Assembly (NCBI RefSeq): GCF_001644705.1 | Contig: NZ_CP015137.1 | Location: 4,470,001 to 4,502,000, forward strand | Source: Dickeya solani IPO 2222 | GTDB taxonomy: Bacteria > Pseudomonadota > Gammaproteobacteria > Enterobacterales > Enterobacteriaceae | Direction: 5' to 3' | DNA length: 32,000 nt | Part shown: piece after piece, positions 8,748 through 18,860 of the stretch | Layout of the letters: each line of letters opens with the position of its first letter | Position numbering within the stretch: the stretch's first letter is position 1 | The notes under the pieces: model-generated | Database searches by the model: none | What the model was told of the DNA's origin: nothing | The model's input: the letters and a program-made list of their open reading frames with translations, nothing else | Position numbers and translations under genes: made by a program

Positions 8748-8775
8748 ATCATATCAAATGCCGCGCCCCTGTAAA
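8748..8775 (-). promoter_or_regulatory. tyrT-type stringently controlled promoter
   Basis: On the minus strand: TTTACA (comp. 8770-8775), a 16-nt spacer, TATGAT (comp. 8748-8753), then the GC-rich discriminator GCGCCCCGC (comp. 8739-8747). This nearly matches the E. coli tyrT promoter as I recall it. A/T-rich sequence lies upstream at 8780-8800. Confidence 0.75.
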
Positions 8776-8858
8776 GACCGAAAAAACAAAAACAAGTTCG
8801 TTTGCCGGTTTTTTATGCCGCCCGCTGCAATTGTAGGCGAGGGGCGGCGACGTGTTCA

Positions 8859-9710
8859 TCAACGCAGGATAATCGTGCGGTTGCCGTAAACGAACACCCG
8901 CTGGGCCAGCACATGGTATAACGCCCGACTGAGCACGTTTTTTTCCACGTCGCGACCAGCACGCATCATGTCATCTGCGGTGTAAGTATGATCAACGTGG
9001 ATCACGTCCTGCATGATGATGGGGCCTTCATCCAGACTGTCGTTCACGTAATGGGCGGTGGCGCCGATGATCTTCACGCCGCGCTCGTAAGCCTGATGGT
9101 ACGGGCGCGCACCGATAAACGCCGGCAGGAACGAATGATGGATATTGATAACGCGGTTAGGGTAGTTCTGAACAAAGGCGGGCGTCAACACGCGCATGTA
9201 TTTCGCCAGCACCACATAGTCAGGCTTGTATTGGTCGATCTGCGCGATCATTTTCAGATCGTGCTCTTCGCGTGTCAGGCCTTCGTGGCTGACCAGATGG
9301 AACGGAATATCAAAGCGTTCTACCAGCGTACGCAGCGTGTCGTGGTTACCGATTATCGCCGCGATCTCGACATCCAGACCGCCGTAGGTGCTTTTCATCA
9401 GCAGGTCGCCAAGACAGTGGGCTTCCTTGGTCACCAGAATAACGACACGGCGACGCCCGGCGCTGCTCAGTTCACGCACGGAGCCTTCCGGTAAGGCGCT
9501 GTCCAGATCGGCCAGCAGCGTGGTGTCGTTGAAGATACCTTCCAATTCCGTACGCATGAAGAAACGACCGGTACGGTGATCAACGTATTCCGAATTCTGC
9601 ACGATATTCAGTTCGTGCTTGTAACAGATGTTGGTGATCTTGGCGATAAGCCCTTTTGCGTCAGGGCAGATTGTCCGTAAAATTTTTCGTTGGATATTCT
9701 GGGATTGCAT
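8859..9710 (-). CDS. purU: Formyltetrahydrofolate deformylase
   Basis: The 283-aa product (...LRTICPDAKGLIAKITNICYKHELNIVQN...HHSFLPAFIGARPYHQAYERGVKIIGATAHYV...) is collinear with E. coli PurU. Confidence 0.95.
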   Translation of the reverse strand: MQSQNIQRKILRTICPDAKGLIAKITNICYKHELNIVQNSEYVDHRTGRFFMRTELEGIFNDTTLLADLDSALPEGSVRELSSAGRRRVVILVTKEAHCLGDLLMKSTYGGLDVEIAAIIGNHDTLRTLVERFDIPFHLVSHEGLTREEHDLKMIAQIDQYKPDYVVLAKYMRVLTPAFVQNYPNRVINIHHSFLPAFIGARPYHQAYERGVKIIGATAHYVNDSLDEGPIIMQDVIHVDHTYTADDMMRAGRDVEKNVLSRALYHVLAQRVFVYGNRTIILR

Positions 9711-9788
9711 GGAATTGGGATCCTGTCCAAAACATAAATCAGATGTTGCCGTTACGCGATGCCGGAATCACCGCGGTAATCAAGGGTA

Positions 9789-10256
9789 TTATTGTCCGCA
9801 GCACTTTTTGTATTTTTTGCCGGAGCCGCACGGACAGGCGTCATTCCTGCCGGTTTGCAGGTGAACGCCGTCGACATAGTACCAGCGATCGTGATAACGA
9901 AGGAAGCGAGAACGTTCCCTCATCAGTACCCGGCGATCCGGATTCTCGGTGGCGCTGTAGCTGGCCGCGAATTCGACATAGCCTTCATCCGCCGTTTTTC
10001 CCGGCGCGACGTCGAGTATCCGCAGACCAAGCCAGTGCGTGTCGGCGCAACTGGCGACGATGTCGGCTCGCCAGTTTTCCGCGTGGCAATCCGGGTGCCA
10101 GGTGTCAACCAGATAATCGATATCCTGTTTGACGTAGGCGCTATACCGTGAGCGCATCAACAGATCAGGGCGTGCGGCCTGGGTATCGCGGTGCAGATAG
10201 GTCTGGCAGCAGTGTTCGTAAGGCTGATCACTGCCGCACGGGCAACATTCGGACAC
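9789..10256 (-). CDS. ychJ: SEC-C motif protein YchJ (UPF0225)
   Basis: ORF 9789..10280 trimmed to the GTG at comp. 10254-10256, with AGGAG 5 nt upstream. The product has MSECCPCGS at the N-terminus and CPCGSGKKYKKCCGQ at the C-terminus, with a length like E. coli YchJ. Confidence 0.88.
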   Translation of the reverse strand: MSECCPCGSDQPYEHCCQTYLHRDTQAARPDLLMRSRYSAYVKQDIDYLVDTWHPDCHAENWRADIVASCADTHWLGLRILDVAPGKTADEGYVEFAASYSATENPDRRVLMRERSRFLRYHDRWYYVDGVHLQTGRNDACPCGSGKKYKKCCGQ

Positions 10257-10415
10257 AATATCTCCTGCAAAATTCTGCAATAAGGTTAAATAATTGAGAC
10301 GCCACTGATTAGGCGTGCGCTATGTTACCCAATAGGGTTCGCGTATCGCAATAATCCTGCCCGGTGAGGACATAACAGTAGGGCAGCGCCTAGAATAAGA
10401 TACAGGAGAAGTACC

Positions 10416-11324
10416 ATGCGGAAGGTAACAATCGGTCTGGCATTGGGTTCCGGCGCGGCTAAGGGATGGGCGCACATCGGTGTGCTGAAGGCGCTGGAGG
10501 ATCTGGGGATTGTGCCTGACGTGGTGGCGGGGTGTTCGGTAGGCGCGCTGGTCGGCGCCGCTTACGCCACACATCGTCTGGACAGTATGGCGCTCTGGGT
10601 GAGCGGCTTCCGCTACTGGGATGTCATCCGTCTGATGGACTTTTCCTGGCGGCGTGGCGGATTATTGCGGGGCGATCGCGTTTTCAATCATGTAAAGCAT
10701 TTGCTACGTACGCAACATATTGAGGAGTGTGCTATCAAATATGGAGCAGTGGCAACTAATCTGAGTACGGGAAGGGAACTTTGGCTGACGCAGGGGGACT
10801 TACATTTAGCCATTCGCGCTTCCTGCAGTATGCCGGGGTTGTTGTCCCCCGTGCAATTCAATGGCTATTGGCTGGTGGATGGGGCCGTCGTTAATCCGGT
10901 TCCGGTCTCATTGACTCGTGCGATGGGCGCGGATGTGGTGATTGCGGTGGATTTGCAGCACGACGCCAGCCTGCAGCAGCATAATCTGTTGTCGGCCAGG
11001 CCGGCGGTTCAGACTGAGGAGGCGATTCTCGCGCCGCACGGTTGGCGTCAACGTCTTAGGTCTCGTCTGTCTCACCGTTTTCGTCGACAGACGGAAACGA
11101 CGCCCACCGCGATGGAGATCATGAGTACCTCCATACAGGTATTGGAGAATCGCCTGAAAATGAATCGCATGGCGGGCGATCCTCCGGATGTATTGATTCA
11201 ACCCTATTGTCCGCAAATCGCCACGCTGGATTTTCATCGGGCGGAAGAGGCTATTGAGTCTGGCAGACTGGCGGTAGAAAAACAGCGGGAGCTGCTGTTG
11301 CCGCTGGTGAACCGGGGTGTATAG
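10416..11324 (+). CDS. rssA: Patatin-like phospholipase RssA
   Basis: The 302-aa product MRKVTIGLALGSGAAKGWAHIGV...AGCSVGALVGA...DGAVVNPVP carries the patatin GxGxxG, GxSxG and DGA motifs and is collinear with E. coli RssA. CAGGAG lies upstream of the start. Confidence 0.93.
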   Translation: MRKVTIGLALGSGAAKGWAHIGVLKALEDLGIVPDVVAGCSVGALVGAAYATHRLDSMALWVSGFRYWDVIRLMDFSWRRGGLLRGDRVFNHVKHLLRTQHIEECAIKYGAVATNLSTGRELWLTQGDLHLAIRASCSMPGLLSPVQFNGYWLVDGAVVNPVPVSLTRAMGADVVIAVDLQHDASLQQHNLLSARPAVQTEEAILAPHGWRQRLRSRLSHRFRRQTETTPTAMEIMSTSIQVLENRLKMNRMAGDPPDVLIQPYCPQIATLDFHRAEEAIESGRLAVEKQRELLLPLVNRGV

Positions 11325-11383
11325 GGTTATTTCCGATTTAGGATTCGGCAACGAATGATGATGAGCGGTGCAAGGGGTCATTG

Positions 11384-12400
11384 ATGGCACAACCACTGAC
11401 GGGAAAACACATTTTGGTTGTTGAGGATGAGGCTGTTTTCCGTTCCGTGCTGGCCGGCTATCTGACATCTCTGGGCGCAGACGTGCATGAGGCGGATAAC
11501 GGCAAGGATGCGCTGGAAAAAATGGCCCATCAGTCACCCGATCTGATTATCTGCGATCTCAATATGCCCATGATGGGCGGTTTCGAATTCGTCGAGCGGC
11601 TGCGGCTGCACGATATCACCACGCCGGTGCTGGTGGTGTCCGCCACCAGTCATCTGGCGGACATCGCCAGAATATTGCGTCTTGGCGTTCAGGATGTGCT
11701 GCTCAAACCTATCCATGATTACACCCGTTTGCGCGAATCGGTTATGGCCTGCCTGTATCCGACGATGTTTACTTCGCAGGCCAATGAAGTCGAACAGCTG
11801 ATGCATGATTTAGATACGCTGAACCAGTCGCCGGGTGCGGCGTTGAAACTGCTTGAGCAGTTGCAGCCGCCGGTTCAGCAGACGCTGGCGCGTTGCCGGG
11901 TCAATTACCGACAGCTAATGGCGGCGGACCGCCCGGGGCTGGTGCTTGATATTGCGGCGCTGTCCGGGGACGATCTGGCGTTTTATTGTCTTGATGTGAC
12001 GCAGGCGGCCAATAATCACGGCGTGCTGGCGGCATTGCTGTTACGGGCGCTGTTCAACAGCCTGTTGCAGGAGCATCTGGTGCATCAGCAGCGCCGGTTG
12101 CCCGAATTGCCGGTGCTGCTTAATCAGGTTAACCAACTATTGCGTCAGGCAAATCTGCAAGGGCAATTTCCCTTGCTGGTTGGTTACTATCATCGGGAAC
12201 TGAAACGGCTGATCCTGATTTCGGCGGGGTTGCATGCCACCCTGAGTGTGGAAGAACAACACATCGGGCTAAATAACGGGGTGCCGTTGGGCACGCTGGA
12301 AGCCGCCTATCTTAATCAGATCAGTTATCACTGCGAGTCATGGCAATGCCAGATGTGGGGCAGCGGCGGTCGTCTGCGACTGATGCTTTCTACAGACTAA
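11384..12400 (+). CDS. rssB: RpoS-degradation adaptor response regulator RssB
   Basis: ATG at 11384 (the track starts at the TTG one codon earlier). MAQPLTGKHILVVEDEAVFRS...DLIICDLNMP... is collinear with E. coli RssB and lies directly downstream of rssA. Confidence 0.94.
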   Translation: MAQPLTGKHILVVEDEAVFRSVLAGYLTSLGADVHEADNGKDALEKMAHQSPDLIICDLNMPMMGGFEFVERLRLHDITTPVLVVSATSHLADIARILRLGVQDVLLKPIHDYTRLRESVMACLYPTMFTSQANEVEQLMHDLDTLNQSPGAALKLLEQLQPPVQQTLARCRVNYRQLMAADRPGLVLDIAALSGDDLAFYCLDVTQAANNHGVLAALLLRALFNSLLQEHLVHQQRRLPELPVLLNQVNQLLRQANLQGQFPLLVGYYHRELKRLILISAGLHATLSVEEQHIGLNNGVPLGTLEAAYLNQISYHCESWQCQMWGSGGRLRLMLSTD

Positions 12401-12600
12401 TCCGATAGCTGCGAACTCCCCCGCACTTCAGACTAGGTGTATCTATCGTTATTATTTTTTATTCCCTAGTATGTGACCTATGATTTTTAATCACGAATCC
12501 AGATTGGTCGAGCATCGCGCATTGAACCTGATATACTTTCGCGGTTTTATGCGCCGGACAAATAAAGCTCATTATTTGAACGATATATACGAGGTTGTTT

Positions 12601-13512
12601 ATGTCAACTGTTAATAAAAAAGTAAAAAAAGCGGTCATTCCAGTGGCTGGGTTGGGGACGCGCATGTTGCCTGCTACCAAGGCCATTCCCAAAGAAATGT
12701 TGCCGCTGGTCGATAAGCCGTTAATCCAGTATGTAGTTAATGAATGTATTGCTGCCGGTATCAATGAAATAATTTTAGTTACACATTCTTCTAAGAATTC
12801 AATAGAAAACCATTTTGATACCGGCTTTGAACTGGAAGCAATGCTGGAAAAACGCGTTCAGCGCCAGCTGCTAAAAGAAGTTCAGTCTATTTGTCCGGAA
12901 CACGTCACTATTATGCAGGTTCGTCAGGGGCTGGCGAAAGGATTGGGTCACGCGGTACTTTGTGCTCATCCTTTGGTTGGCGATGAACCAGTGGCGGTTA
13001 TTTTGCCGGACGTGATCATCGACGAATATGAATCCGATCTGAAAAAAGACAACCTCAGCGAAATGCTGCAACGTTTTTATAGCACAGGCCATAGCCAGAT
13101 TATGGTTGAGCCGGTGGAGAATGTCAGCAGTTACGGCGTGGTGGATTGCAAAGGCGTGGAATTAAAACCGGGCGACAGCGCGCCGATGGTCGGCGTGGTG
13201 GAAAAACCCAAAGCATCGGAAGCGCCGTCTAATTTGGCGGTGGTTGGGCGTTATGTGTTGTCTGAACATATCTGGGATCTATTGAAGAAAACAGAACCAG
13301 GCGCCGGTAATGAAATTCAGTTGACCGATGCTATCGCTATGCTGATGGAAAAAGAAACCGTTGAAGCTTATCACCTGAAAGGGGTAAGCCATGACTGCGG
13401 TAATAAGCTGGGATACATGACCGCGTTTGTGGAATATGGCCTTCGCCATGACGCGCTGGGTGAAGACTTTACTCAGTGGCTGAAAGAGGCGATAGAGGAA
13501 GACGCCAATTAA
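12601..13512 (+). CDS. galU: UTP-glucose-1-phosphate uridylyltransferase
   Basis: ATG at 12601 with GAGG 6 nt upstream (the track starts at the TTG at 12595). [40 protein letters not shown] is identical to the E. coli GalU core. Confidence 0.96.
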   Translation: MSTVNKKVKKAVIPVAGLGTRMLPATKAIPKEMLPLVDKPLIQYVVNECIAAGINEIILVTHSSKNSIENHFDTGFELEAMLEKRVQRQLLKEVQSICPEHVTIMQVRQGLAKGLGHAVLCAHPLVGDEPVAVILPDVIIDEYESDLKKDNLSEMLQRFYSTGHSQIMVEPVENVSSYGVVDCKGVELKPGDSAPMVGVVEKPKASEAPSNLAVVGRYVLSEHIWDLLKKTEPGAGNEIQLTDAIAMLMEKETVEAYHLKGVSHDCGNKLGYMTAFVEYGLRHDALGEDFTQWLKEAIEEDAN

Positions 13513-13520
13513 TCTTCTTC

Positions 13521-13546
13521 CCCCTGTACTGTTAGTCAGTACGGGG
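13521..13546 (+). other. Stem-loop immediately after galU
   Basis: cccctgtactg / cagtacgggg pair with one bulged base and a 5-nt loop. No T run follows. It may add 3' end stability upstream of the true terminator. Confidence 0.4.
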
Positions 13547-13564
13547 AGTGCCTGAATCAGGACA

Positions 13565-13601
13565 TAAAAAAACACCCCTTTGATAGGGGTGTTTTCGTTT
13601 T
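13565..13601. terminator. Bidirectional rho-independent terminator shared by galU (+) and hns (-)
   Basis: Stem aacacccct (13571-13579) / aggggtgtt (13585-13593). It is flanked by an A run on the left and tttcgtttt on the right, so each strand reads a hairpin followed by a U run. Confidence 0.85.
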
Positions 13602-13618
13602 GATTCTCGAACTGTGAA

Positions 13619-14026
13619 TTACAGCAGGAAGTCATCCAGAGACTTGCCTTGTTCTTCGATGGCTTTCTTGATCACTGCCGGGGTGCGGCCCTGGCCGGTC
13701 CAGGTTTTCAGTTCGCCGTTTTCGTCGGTGTACTGATATTTAGCCGGGCGTGCTGCACGTTTGGCTTTGCCGGCAACTTTGCTTGAACCCAGGGATTGCA
13801 GTAATTCGTTCGGGTCAATGCCATCGGCAATAAGCATTTCACGATATTGCTGTAATTTGCGTGTGCGTTCTTCAATTTCTGCCTGAGCCTGGTTTTCTTC
13901 TTCGCGGCGCTCGTTCACCACGACTTCCAGCTTTTCCAGCATTTCTTCCAGCGTTTCGAGGCTGCATTCTCTTGCCTGGGCACGCAGGGTGCGGATGTTG
14001 TTTAGAATCTTAAGTGCTTCGCTCAT
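13619..14026 (-). CDS. hns: Nucleoid-associated protein H-NS
   Basis: ORF 13619..14164 trimmed to the ATG at comp. 14024-14026. [41 protein letters not shown]...[28 protein letters not shown] (135 aa) is near-identical to E. coli H-NS. The 46 extra upstream codons in the track are AT-rich leader sequence. Confidence 0.97.
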   Translation of the reverse strand: MSEALKILNNIRTLRAQARECSLETLEEMLEKLEVVVNERREEENQAQAEIEERTRKLQQYREMLIADGIDPNELLQSLGSSKVAGKAKRAARPAKYQYTDENGELKTWTGQGRTPAVIKKAIEEQGKSLDDFLL

Positions 14027-14411
14027 TGGATTAATCTCAAAATAAATATTAACGGTGACAGTACAGAGATAATAGAGTGCCGTTTTATTTTCTGCAATAG
14101 GCAAAATTGTCAGGTTGTTAAAATTTAGCAAATTTAAAACGGAAATCACGTGTTGACCGACCAATATAAATTTCGGACAAGCCAGTTAATACATTCTGTT
14201 AGCGCGATCTGTAGCGGAAATAGCCATGTGGAGCGTATCGATAGTTTCTTTGAGCCCCCATGATGGAACTGTCTATATTACCAAACCACTGAATGATTCA
14301 GGGAGCGTGCGGAGCCCGAGGCGGCACGACTAAACCCTCGTCAGCGACAATACCTATGTTACAATAAATTTTAACGATTACTGACCGGTGAATGCCGTTG
14401 AACGAGGAGCC

Positions 14412-15011
14412 ATGGCGCAGCTTTATTTTTATTATTCCGCGATGAATGCAGGGAAATCCACCGCACTGTTGCAGTCTTCATATAACTACCAGGAAAGGGG
14501 AATGCGAACCCTGGTGTTTACGGCTGAAATAGATGACCGTTCCGGGCGAGGCGGCGTCGTTAGTTCCCGCATCGGTCTCTCTTCACCGGCGTTATTGTTT
14601 AACGAACAGACAGACTTATTCCAGACGCTTGAGCTGGCGCATCGTCAGCAAACTATTCACTGTGTGTTAATTGATGAAAGTCAGTTTTTGACACGTGAAC
14701 AAGTGAATGCACTGTGTGATGTTGTCGATCAATTAGACATTCCGGTTCTCTGTTATGGCCTGCGTACCGATTTCCGCGGGGAATTGTTCAGCGGCAGTCA
14801 TTATTTATTGGCGTGGGCAGACAAACTGATCGAACTTAAGACCGTCTGCCATTGCGGACGTAAAGCGAATCACGTATTGCGGGTGGATTCGCATGGCAAG
14901 CCCGTCATTGAAGGCGAGCAAGTCGTTATCGGCGGAAATGAGAGTTACGTGTCGGTGTGTCGAAAGCATTATAAAATCGCGTTGGGCTTGACCCGATCAG
15001 AAACGGAATAA
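14412..15011 (+). CDS. tdk: Thymidine kinase
   Basis: ATG at 14412 preceded by GAGGAG (14404-14409). [33 protein letters not shown]... is identical to the E. coli Tdk N-terminus, and the CHCGRKA...VCRKHY zinc-site motifs are present. Confidence 0.95.
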   Translation: MAQLYFYYSAMNAGKSTALLQSSYNYQERGMRTLVFTAEIDDRSGRGGVVSSRIGLSSPALLFNEQTDLFQTLELAHRQQTIHCVLIDESQFLTREQVNALCDVVDQLDIPVLCYGLRTDFRGELFSGSHYLLAWADKLIELKTVCHCGRKANHVLRVDSHGKPVIEGEQVVIGGNESYVSVCRKHYKIALGLTRSETE

Positions 15012-15051
15012 TCCATATCTATATAGGCTAAGCATTCAGCCGGGCTTATTA

Positions 15052-15084
15052 ATAACCGGATAGAGGGCACGATTATCCGGTTAT
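15052..15084. repeat. Perfect 11-bp inverted repeat (stem-loop or palindromic site) 40 nt after tdk
   Basis: ataaccggata (15052-15062) and tatccggttat (15074-15084) flank an 11-nt loop. No U run follows on either strand. The arms loosely resemble the cttatccgg part of enterobacterial REP units. Confidence 0.5.
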
Positions 15085-15558
15085 CTCTCCTGGTAAAAAT
15101 TGATAATATAAATTAAATATTCGTTACCAGATGCGTATTTGCCGCGTTTATCGGTGTTTTTACAGATGCTCCCCTCGGTGTTATTGATGTGCTTTCCGGG
15201 CCGTAACTCGCCGTCTGAGCCGAATAATCCCTTAGCCTGCCCCCTTTGTTGATGTCGAGGCGCTGCCAACGCTCGCCAACCAGGATTGGTACCCGTAACA
15301 ACCCTGCTGTCGGCCGGTTATCGACAAAACGGCTGGCATTCGAGGCCGCAGGGCGTTTGAGCGCTGATGCGCTTTTTGATGCATCAACCTCGCTTTCCTG
15401 ACGTAATGCTCTCTGTCGCTGTAACGGGATAGTTGTCAGCGCGCGCGTAGGTACTGACAGCCAGACTATAGAGAATGACGGTACGTTGGTGGCAGACCGT
15501 ATCGCAGCGGCTAATGGCGGTGAGGGGCGAGTCATTCTTGTCGCGGTGTGACAAATCC

Positions 15559-15592
15559 AAAAAAAAAAGCCCTGCGCGTGCGCACAGGGCTT
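15559..15592 (-). terminator. Rho-independent terminator of adhE
   Basis: A GC-rich hairpin agccctgcgc...gcgcacagggct (15568-15591). On the minus strand it is followed by a 10-nt T run (plus-strand A run at 15559-15568). It lies 18 nt after the adhE stop. Confidence 0.88.
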
Positions 15593-15609
15593 TGATCAGA
15601 TACCGTCAA

Positions 15610-18312
15610 TCAGCTAACGGCTTTTTTCTCTTTCTTCTCGGCTTTTTCCGCCCTGGCAGGCACGCTGGCCACTACCGGTGCGGTTTTGGCCTCGGTGACC
15701 GCATGTTCGACAAACGGACGGCCGTAGAACGAATCCAGCAGGATTTGTTTCAACTCGGCAATCAGCGGATAACGCGGGTTCGCGCCGGTACACTGGTCGT
15801 CAAACGCATCTTCAGAGAGTTTATCCACTTTGGCCAGGAAATCGGCTTCCTGTACACCAGCTTCGCGAATAGAGGTGGGAATACCCAGCTCTTTCTTCAT
15901 GCTCTCCAGCCAGGCCAGCAGTTTTTCGATTTTCTGCGCTGTACGGTCGCCTGCGGCGCCCAGACCCAGATGGTCGGCCACTTCCGCATAACGACGGCGC
16001 GCCTGCGGGCGGTCGTACTGGCTGAATGCTGTCTGTTTGGTCGGGTTATCGTTGGCGTTATAGCGAATCACGTTGCTAATCAGCAGGGCATTGGCCAGCC
16101 CGTGCGGGATATGGAACTCCGAACCCAGCTTGTGCGCCATTGAGTGGCAGACGCCCAGGAAGGCGTTGGCGAAAGCGATACCGGCGATTGTCGCCGCGTT
16201 ATGAACGCGCTCGCGGGCCACCGGGTTTTTCGCGCCTTCACGGTAGCTAGTCGGCAGGTTTTCTTTCAGCAACTTCAGTGCCTGCAGCGCCTGTCCGTCG
16301 GAGTATTCGTTTGCCAGCACGGATACATAGGCTTCCAGCGAGTGGGTCACCGCGTCCAGCCCGCCGAACGCACACAGCGATTTCGGCATGTTCATCACCA
16401 GATTGGCGTCGACAATCGCCATATCCGGGGTCAGCGCATAGTCTGCCAGTGGATATTTCTGACCGGTGGCGTCATCGGTCACCACGGCGAACGGCGTCAC
16501 TTCAGAACCGGTGCCGGAGGTGGTGGTGACGGCGATCAGCTTGGCTTTCACGCCCATTTTCGGGAATTTGTAGATACGTTTACGGATGTCCATAAAACGC
16601 AGCGCCAGTTCTTCAAAATGGGTATCCGGGTGTTCGTACATGACCCACATGATCTTGGCGGCGTCCATCGGCGAACCACCGCCCAGCGCGATGATGACGT
16701 CGGGTTTGAAGGCGTTCATCTGCTCGGCGCCTTTGCGAACGACGCTGAGCGTCGGGTCAGCTTCCACTTCAAAGAAGACATCGGTATCCAGACCTTGCTG
16801 TTTCAGCACCGACGTAATCTGGTCAACATAGCCGTTATTAAACAGGAAACGGTCAGTGACGATGAACGCGCGTTTAGCACCGTCGCTCGCAACTTCTTCC
16901 AGCGCGATCGGCAGAGAGCCGCGGCGGAAGTAGATAGATTTGGGAAGTTTGTGCCACAGCATATTCTCTGCTCGCTTAGCCACGGTTTTACGGTTGATCA
17001 GGTGTTTCGGCCCGACGTTTTCGGAGATGGAGTTACCGCCCCACGAACCGCAACCCAGCGTCAGCGACGGCGCCAGTTTAAAGTTGTACAGATCGCCGAT
17101 CCCACCCTGAGAGGCCGGTGTGTTGATCAGGATACGGGCGGTTTTCATTTTGTCGCCAAAATGGTTGACACGACGCGTCTGATTGTCCTGATCGGTGTAC
17201 AGGCAGGAGGTGTGGCCGATCCCGCCCATGGCGACCAGTTTTTCCGCTTTGTCGACCGCGTCTTCAAAATCTTTCGCCCGGTACATGGCCAGCGTCGGGG
17301 AAAGCTTCTCATGAGCGAACGGTTCGGACTCGTCCGCGTTCGTCACTTCACCGATCAGCACCTTGGTGCTGGCTGGCACGGTAATACCGGCCATTTCCGC
17401 AATCTTGGTGGCCGGTTGGCCGACGATGGCGGCGTTGAGCGCGCCGTTTTTCAGCAGAATGCCTTGTACCGCGCTGAGTTCCTTGCCCTGAAGCAGGTAG
17501 CCGCCGTGGGTCGAGAAGCGTTCGCGTACCGCATCATAGATTTCATCGACCACGATCACCGACTGCTCGGAAGCGCAGATCACGCCGTTGTCGAAGGTTT
17601 TGGACATCAGAATCGATGCCACGGCGCGTTTGATGTCGGCCGTTTCATCGATCACCACCGGGGTGTTGCCCGCGCCGACGCCGATTGCCGGTTTGCCGGA
17701 GCTGTAGGCCGCTTTTACCATGCCTGGGCCGCCAGTCGCCAGGATCAGGTTGATATCCGGGTGATGCATCAGTTGATTGGACAATTCCACCGACGGTTCA
17801 TCAATCCAGCCGATGATGTCATGGGGCGCGCCCGCGGCGATAGCGGCCTGCAGTACGATGTCCGCCGCTTTGTTGGTGGCGTTTTTCGCGCGCGGATGCG
17901 GGGAGAAGATAATGCCGTTGCGGGTTTTCAGGCTGATCAATGCCTTGAAGATAGCGGTCGAGGTCGGGTTGGTGGTCGGAACGATACCGCAAATCAGGCC
18001 GATAGGTTCGGCAATCGTGATAGTGCCGAACGTATCATCGACGGACAGTACGCCGCAGGTCTGCTCATCCTTGTATGCGTTATAGATGTACTCGGATGCG
18101 AAGTGGTTTTTGATCACTTTGTCTTCGATGATACCCATGCCGGATTCGGCGACCGCCATTTTCGCCAGCGGTATACGGGCATCCGCCGCAGCCAGCGCGG
18201 CGGCGCGGAAGATCTGATCGACCTGCTCCTGCGTGAAATTTGCGAACTCCTGCTGCGCTTTTTTGACGCGTTCGACCAAAGCGTTAAGTTCAGCAACGTT
18301 TGTTACGGCCAT
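15610..18312 (-). CDS. adhE: Bifunctional acetaldehyde-CoA / alcohol dehydrogenase
   Basis: The 900-aa product MAVTNVAELNALVERVKKAQ... is collinear with E. coli AdhE across both the aldehyde dehydrogenase and iron-ADH halves. Confidence 0.98.
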   Translation of the reverse strand: MAVTNVAELNALVERVKKAQQEFANFTQEQVDQIFRAAALAAADARIPLAKMAVAESGMGIIEDKVIKNHFASEYIYNAYKDEQTCGVLSVDDTFGTITIAEPIGLICGIVPTTNPTSTAIFKALISLKTRNGIIFSPHPRAKNATNKAADIVLQAAIAAGAPHDIIGWIDEPSVELSNQLMHHPDINLILATGGPGMVKAAYSSGKPAIGVGAGNTPVVIDETADIKRAVASILMSKTFDNGVICASEQSVIVVDEIYDAVRERFSTHGGYLLQGKELSAVQGILLKNGALNAAIVGQPATKIAEMAGITVPASTKVLIGEVTNADESEPFAHEKLSPTLAMYRAKDFEDAVDKAEKLVAMGGIGHTSCLYTDQDNQTRRVNHFGDKMKTARILINTPASQGGIGDLYNFKLAPSLTLGCGSWGGNSISENVGPKHLINRKTVAKRAENMLWHKLPKSIYFRRGSLPIALEEVASDGAKRAFIVTDRFLFNNGYVDQITSVLKQQGLDTDVFFEVEADPTLSVVRKGAEQMNAFKPDVIIALGGGSPMDAAKIMWVMYEHPDTHFEELALRFMDIRKRIYKFPKMGVKAKLIAVTTTSGTGSEVTPFAVVTDDATGQKYPLADYALTPDMAIVDANLVMNMPKSLCAFGGLDAVTHSLEAYVSVLANEYSDGQALQALKLLKENLPTSYREGAKNPVARERVHNAATIAGIAFANAFLGVCHSMAHKLGSEFHIPHGLANALLISNVIRYNANDNPTKQTAFSQYDRPQARRRYAEVADHLGLGAAGDRTAQKIEKLLAWLESMKKELGIPTSIREAGVQEADFLAKVDKLSEDAFDDQCTGANPRYPLIAELKQILLDSFYGRPFVEHAVTEAKTAPVVASVPARAEKAEKKEKKAVS

Positions 18313-18860
18313 AATGCTCTCCTGTAATGTTAAGCTCTTTCAGTCAATGGTCAGCCCGGTAAATAAGCAGTATAGATAATGGTTGACGCACCTGATAATT
18401 TGGCCGCGGCGATTATCCATTGACTCAAAGCGCTCCTGATGAATGCGATCGCCTTGCTTAATAAAAGAAACCTCGGTTTCTCAATCCTATTCCTAAAGTT
18501 GTCGGCGATTTGACGGTAGAATCGGTTGTCTTTGATCCTTCCTGTTACGATGAAGGCAGAATACCCCGTTGTTAGCCGGTTTTTTGTGATCTTGTTCGCT
18601 AAATTTCAATGCTGACACCATTCAGCATGATATGTTTGAGAATTAATATCATTAATAATGGCGATTTGTTAAAAATAAATGACCATAATATGAGTGGGTT
18701 TATATGGATTTGTATCGAAGATCTGAATGGCAGTAGAGAATAATTATCAGGAAGGAGGATGGAGGCGCGCGCCGCTTTACATTACTGTAGCAGACATCAC
18801 GGCATTGGTCGTGGCTTATCAGGGATTCCCGGTGTTGACAATAATCTTCAGGGGTGGAAT

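Noticed and set aside
8712-8858. Hairpin gccgccc...gggcggc (about 8818-8850) as the purU terminator
   Set aside because: On the minus strand it is followed by A-rich rather than T-rich sequence and has an 18-nt loop, so it is not a convincing intrinsic terminator.
13619-14164. N-terminal extensions of track ORFs (hns 181 aa, ydjA 205 aa, tdk 207 aa, ansA 346 aa, topB 645 aa, oppD 347 aa, MCP 581 aa, tonB 253 aa)
   Set aside because: In each case the E. coli homologue begins at an internal Met or Val that has its own SD. The extra codons are leader sequence, or the end of the upstream gene, that happens to lack an in-frame stop.
14340-14365. Ter (Tus-binding) site-like TTGTAAC core on the minus strand, and a similar ATGTTGT at about 8600
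   Set aside because: Only 7 nt of the roughly 23-nt Ter consensus match, and the critical G of GTTGTAAC is missing.
15131-15187. 18-aa Cys/Arg-rich mini-ORF MRICRVYRCFYRCSPRCY on the plus strand (beta-hairpin antimicrobial-peptide-like composition)
   Set aside because: It has no SD (taccag precedes the ATG), no convincing promoter and no export signal. The composition is most simply a by-product of the local sequence.
15081-15535. The 140-aa and 62-aa minus-strand ORFs in the tdk-adhE spacer as real genes
   Set aside because: The 62-aa ORF has only a TTG start and no internal Met. The 140-aa ORF would start inside the sequence immediately following the adhE terminator, has no SD, and has Ala/Ser/Arg-rich composition. 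Both are kept only as a possible gene relic (see findings).
16144-18327. 727-aa ORF on the plus strand
   Set aside because: It lies entirely antisense to adhE, whose identity is unambiguous. The product is an Arg/Gly/Val-rich low-complexity translation typical of shadow frames in GC-rich genes, and there is no SD.
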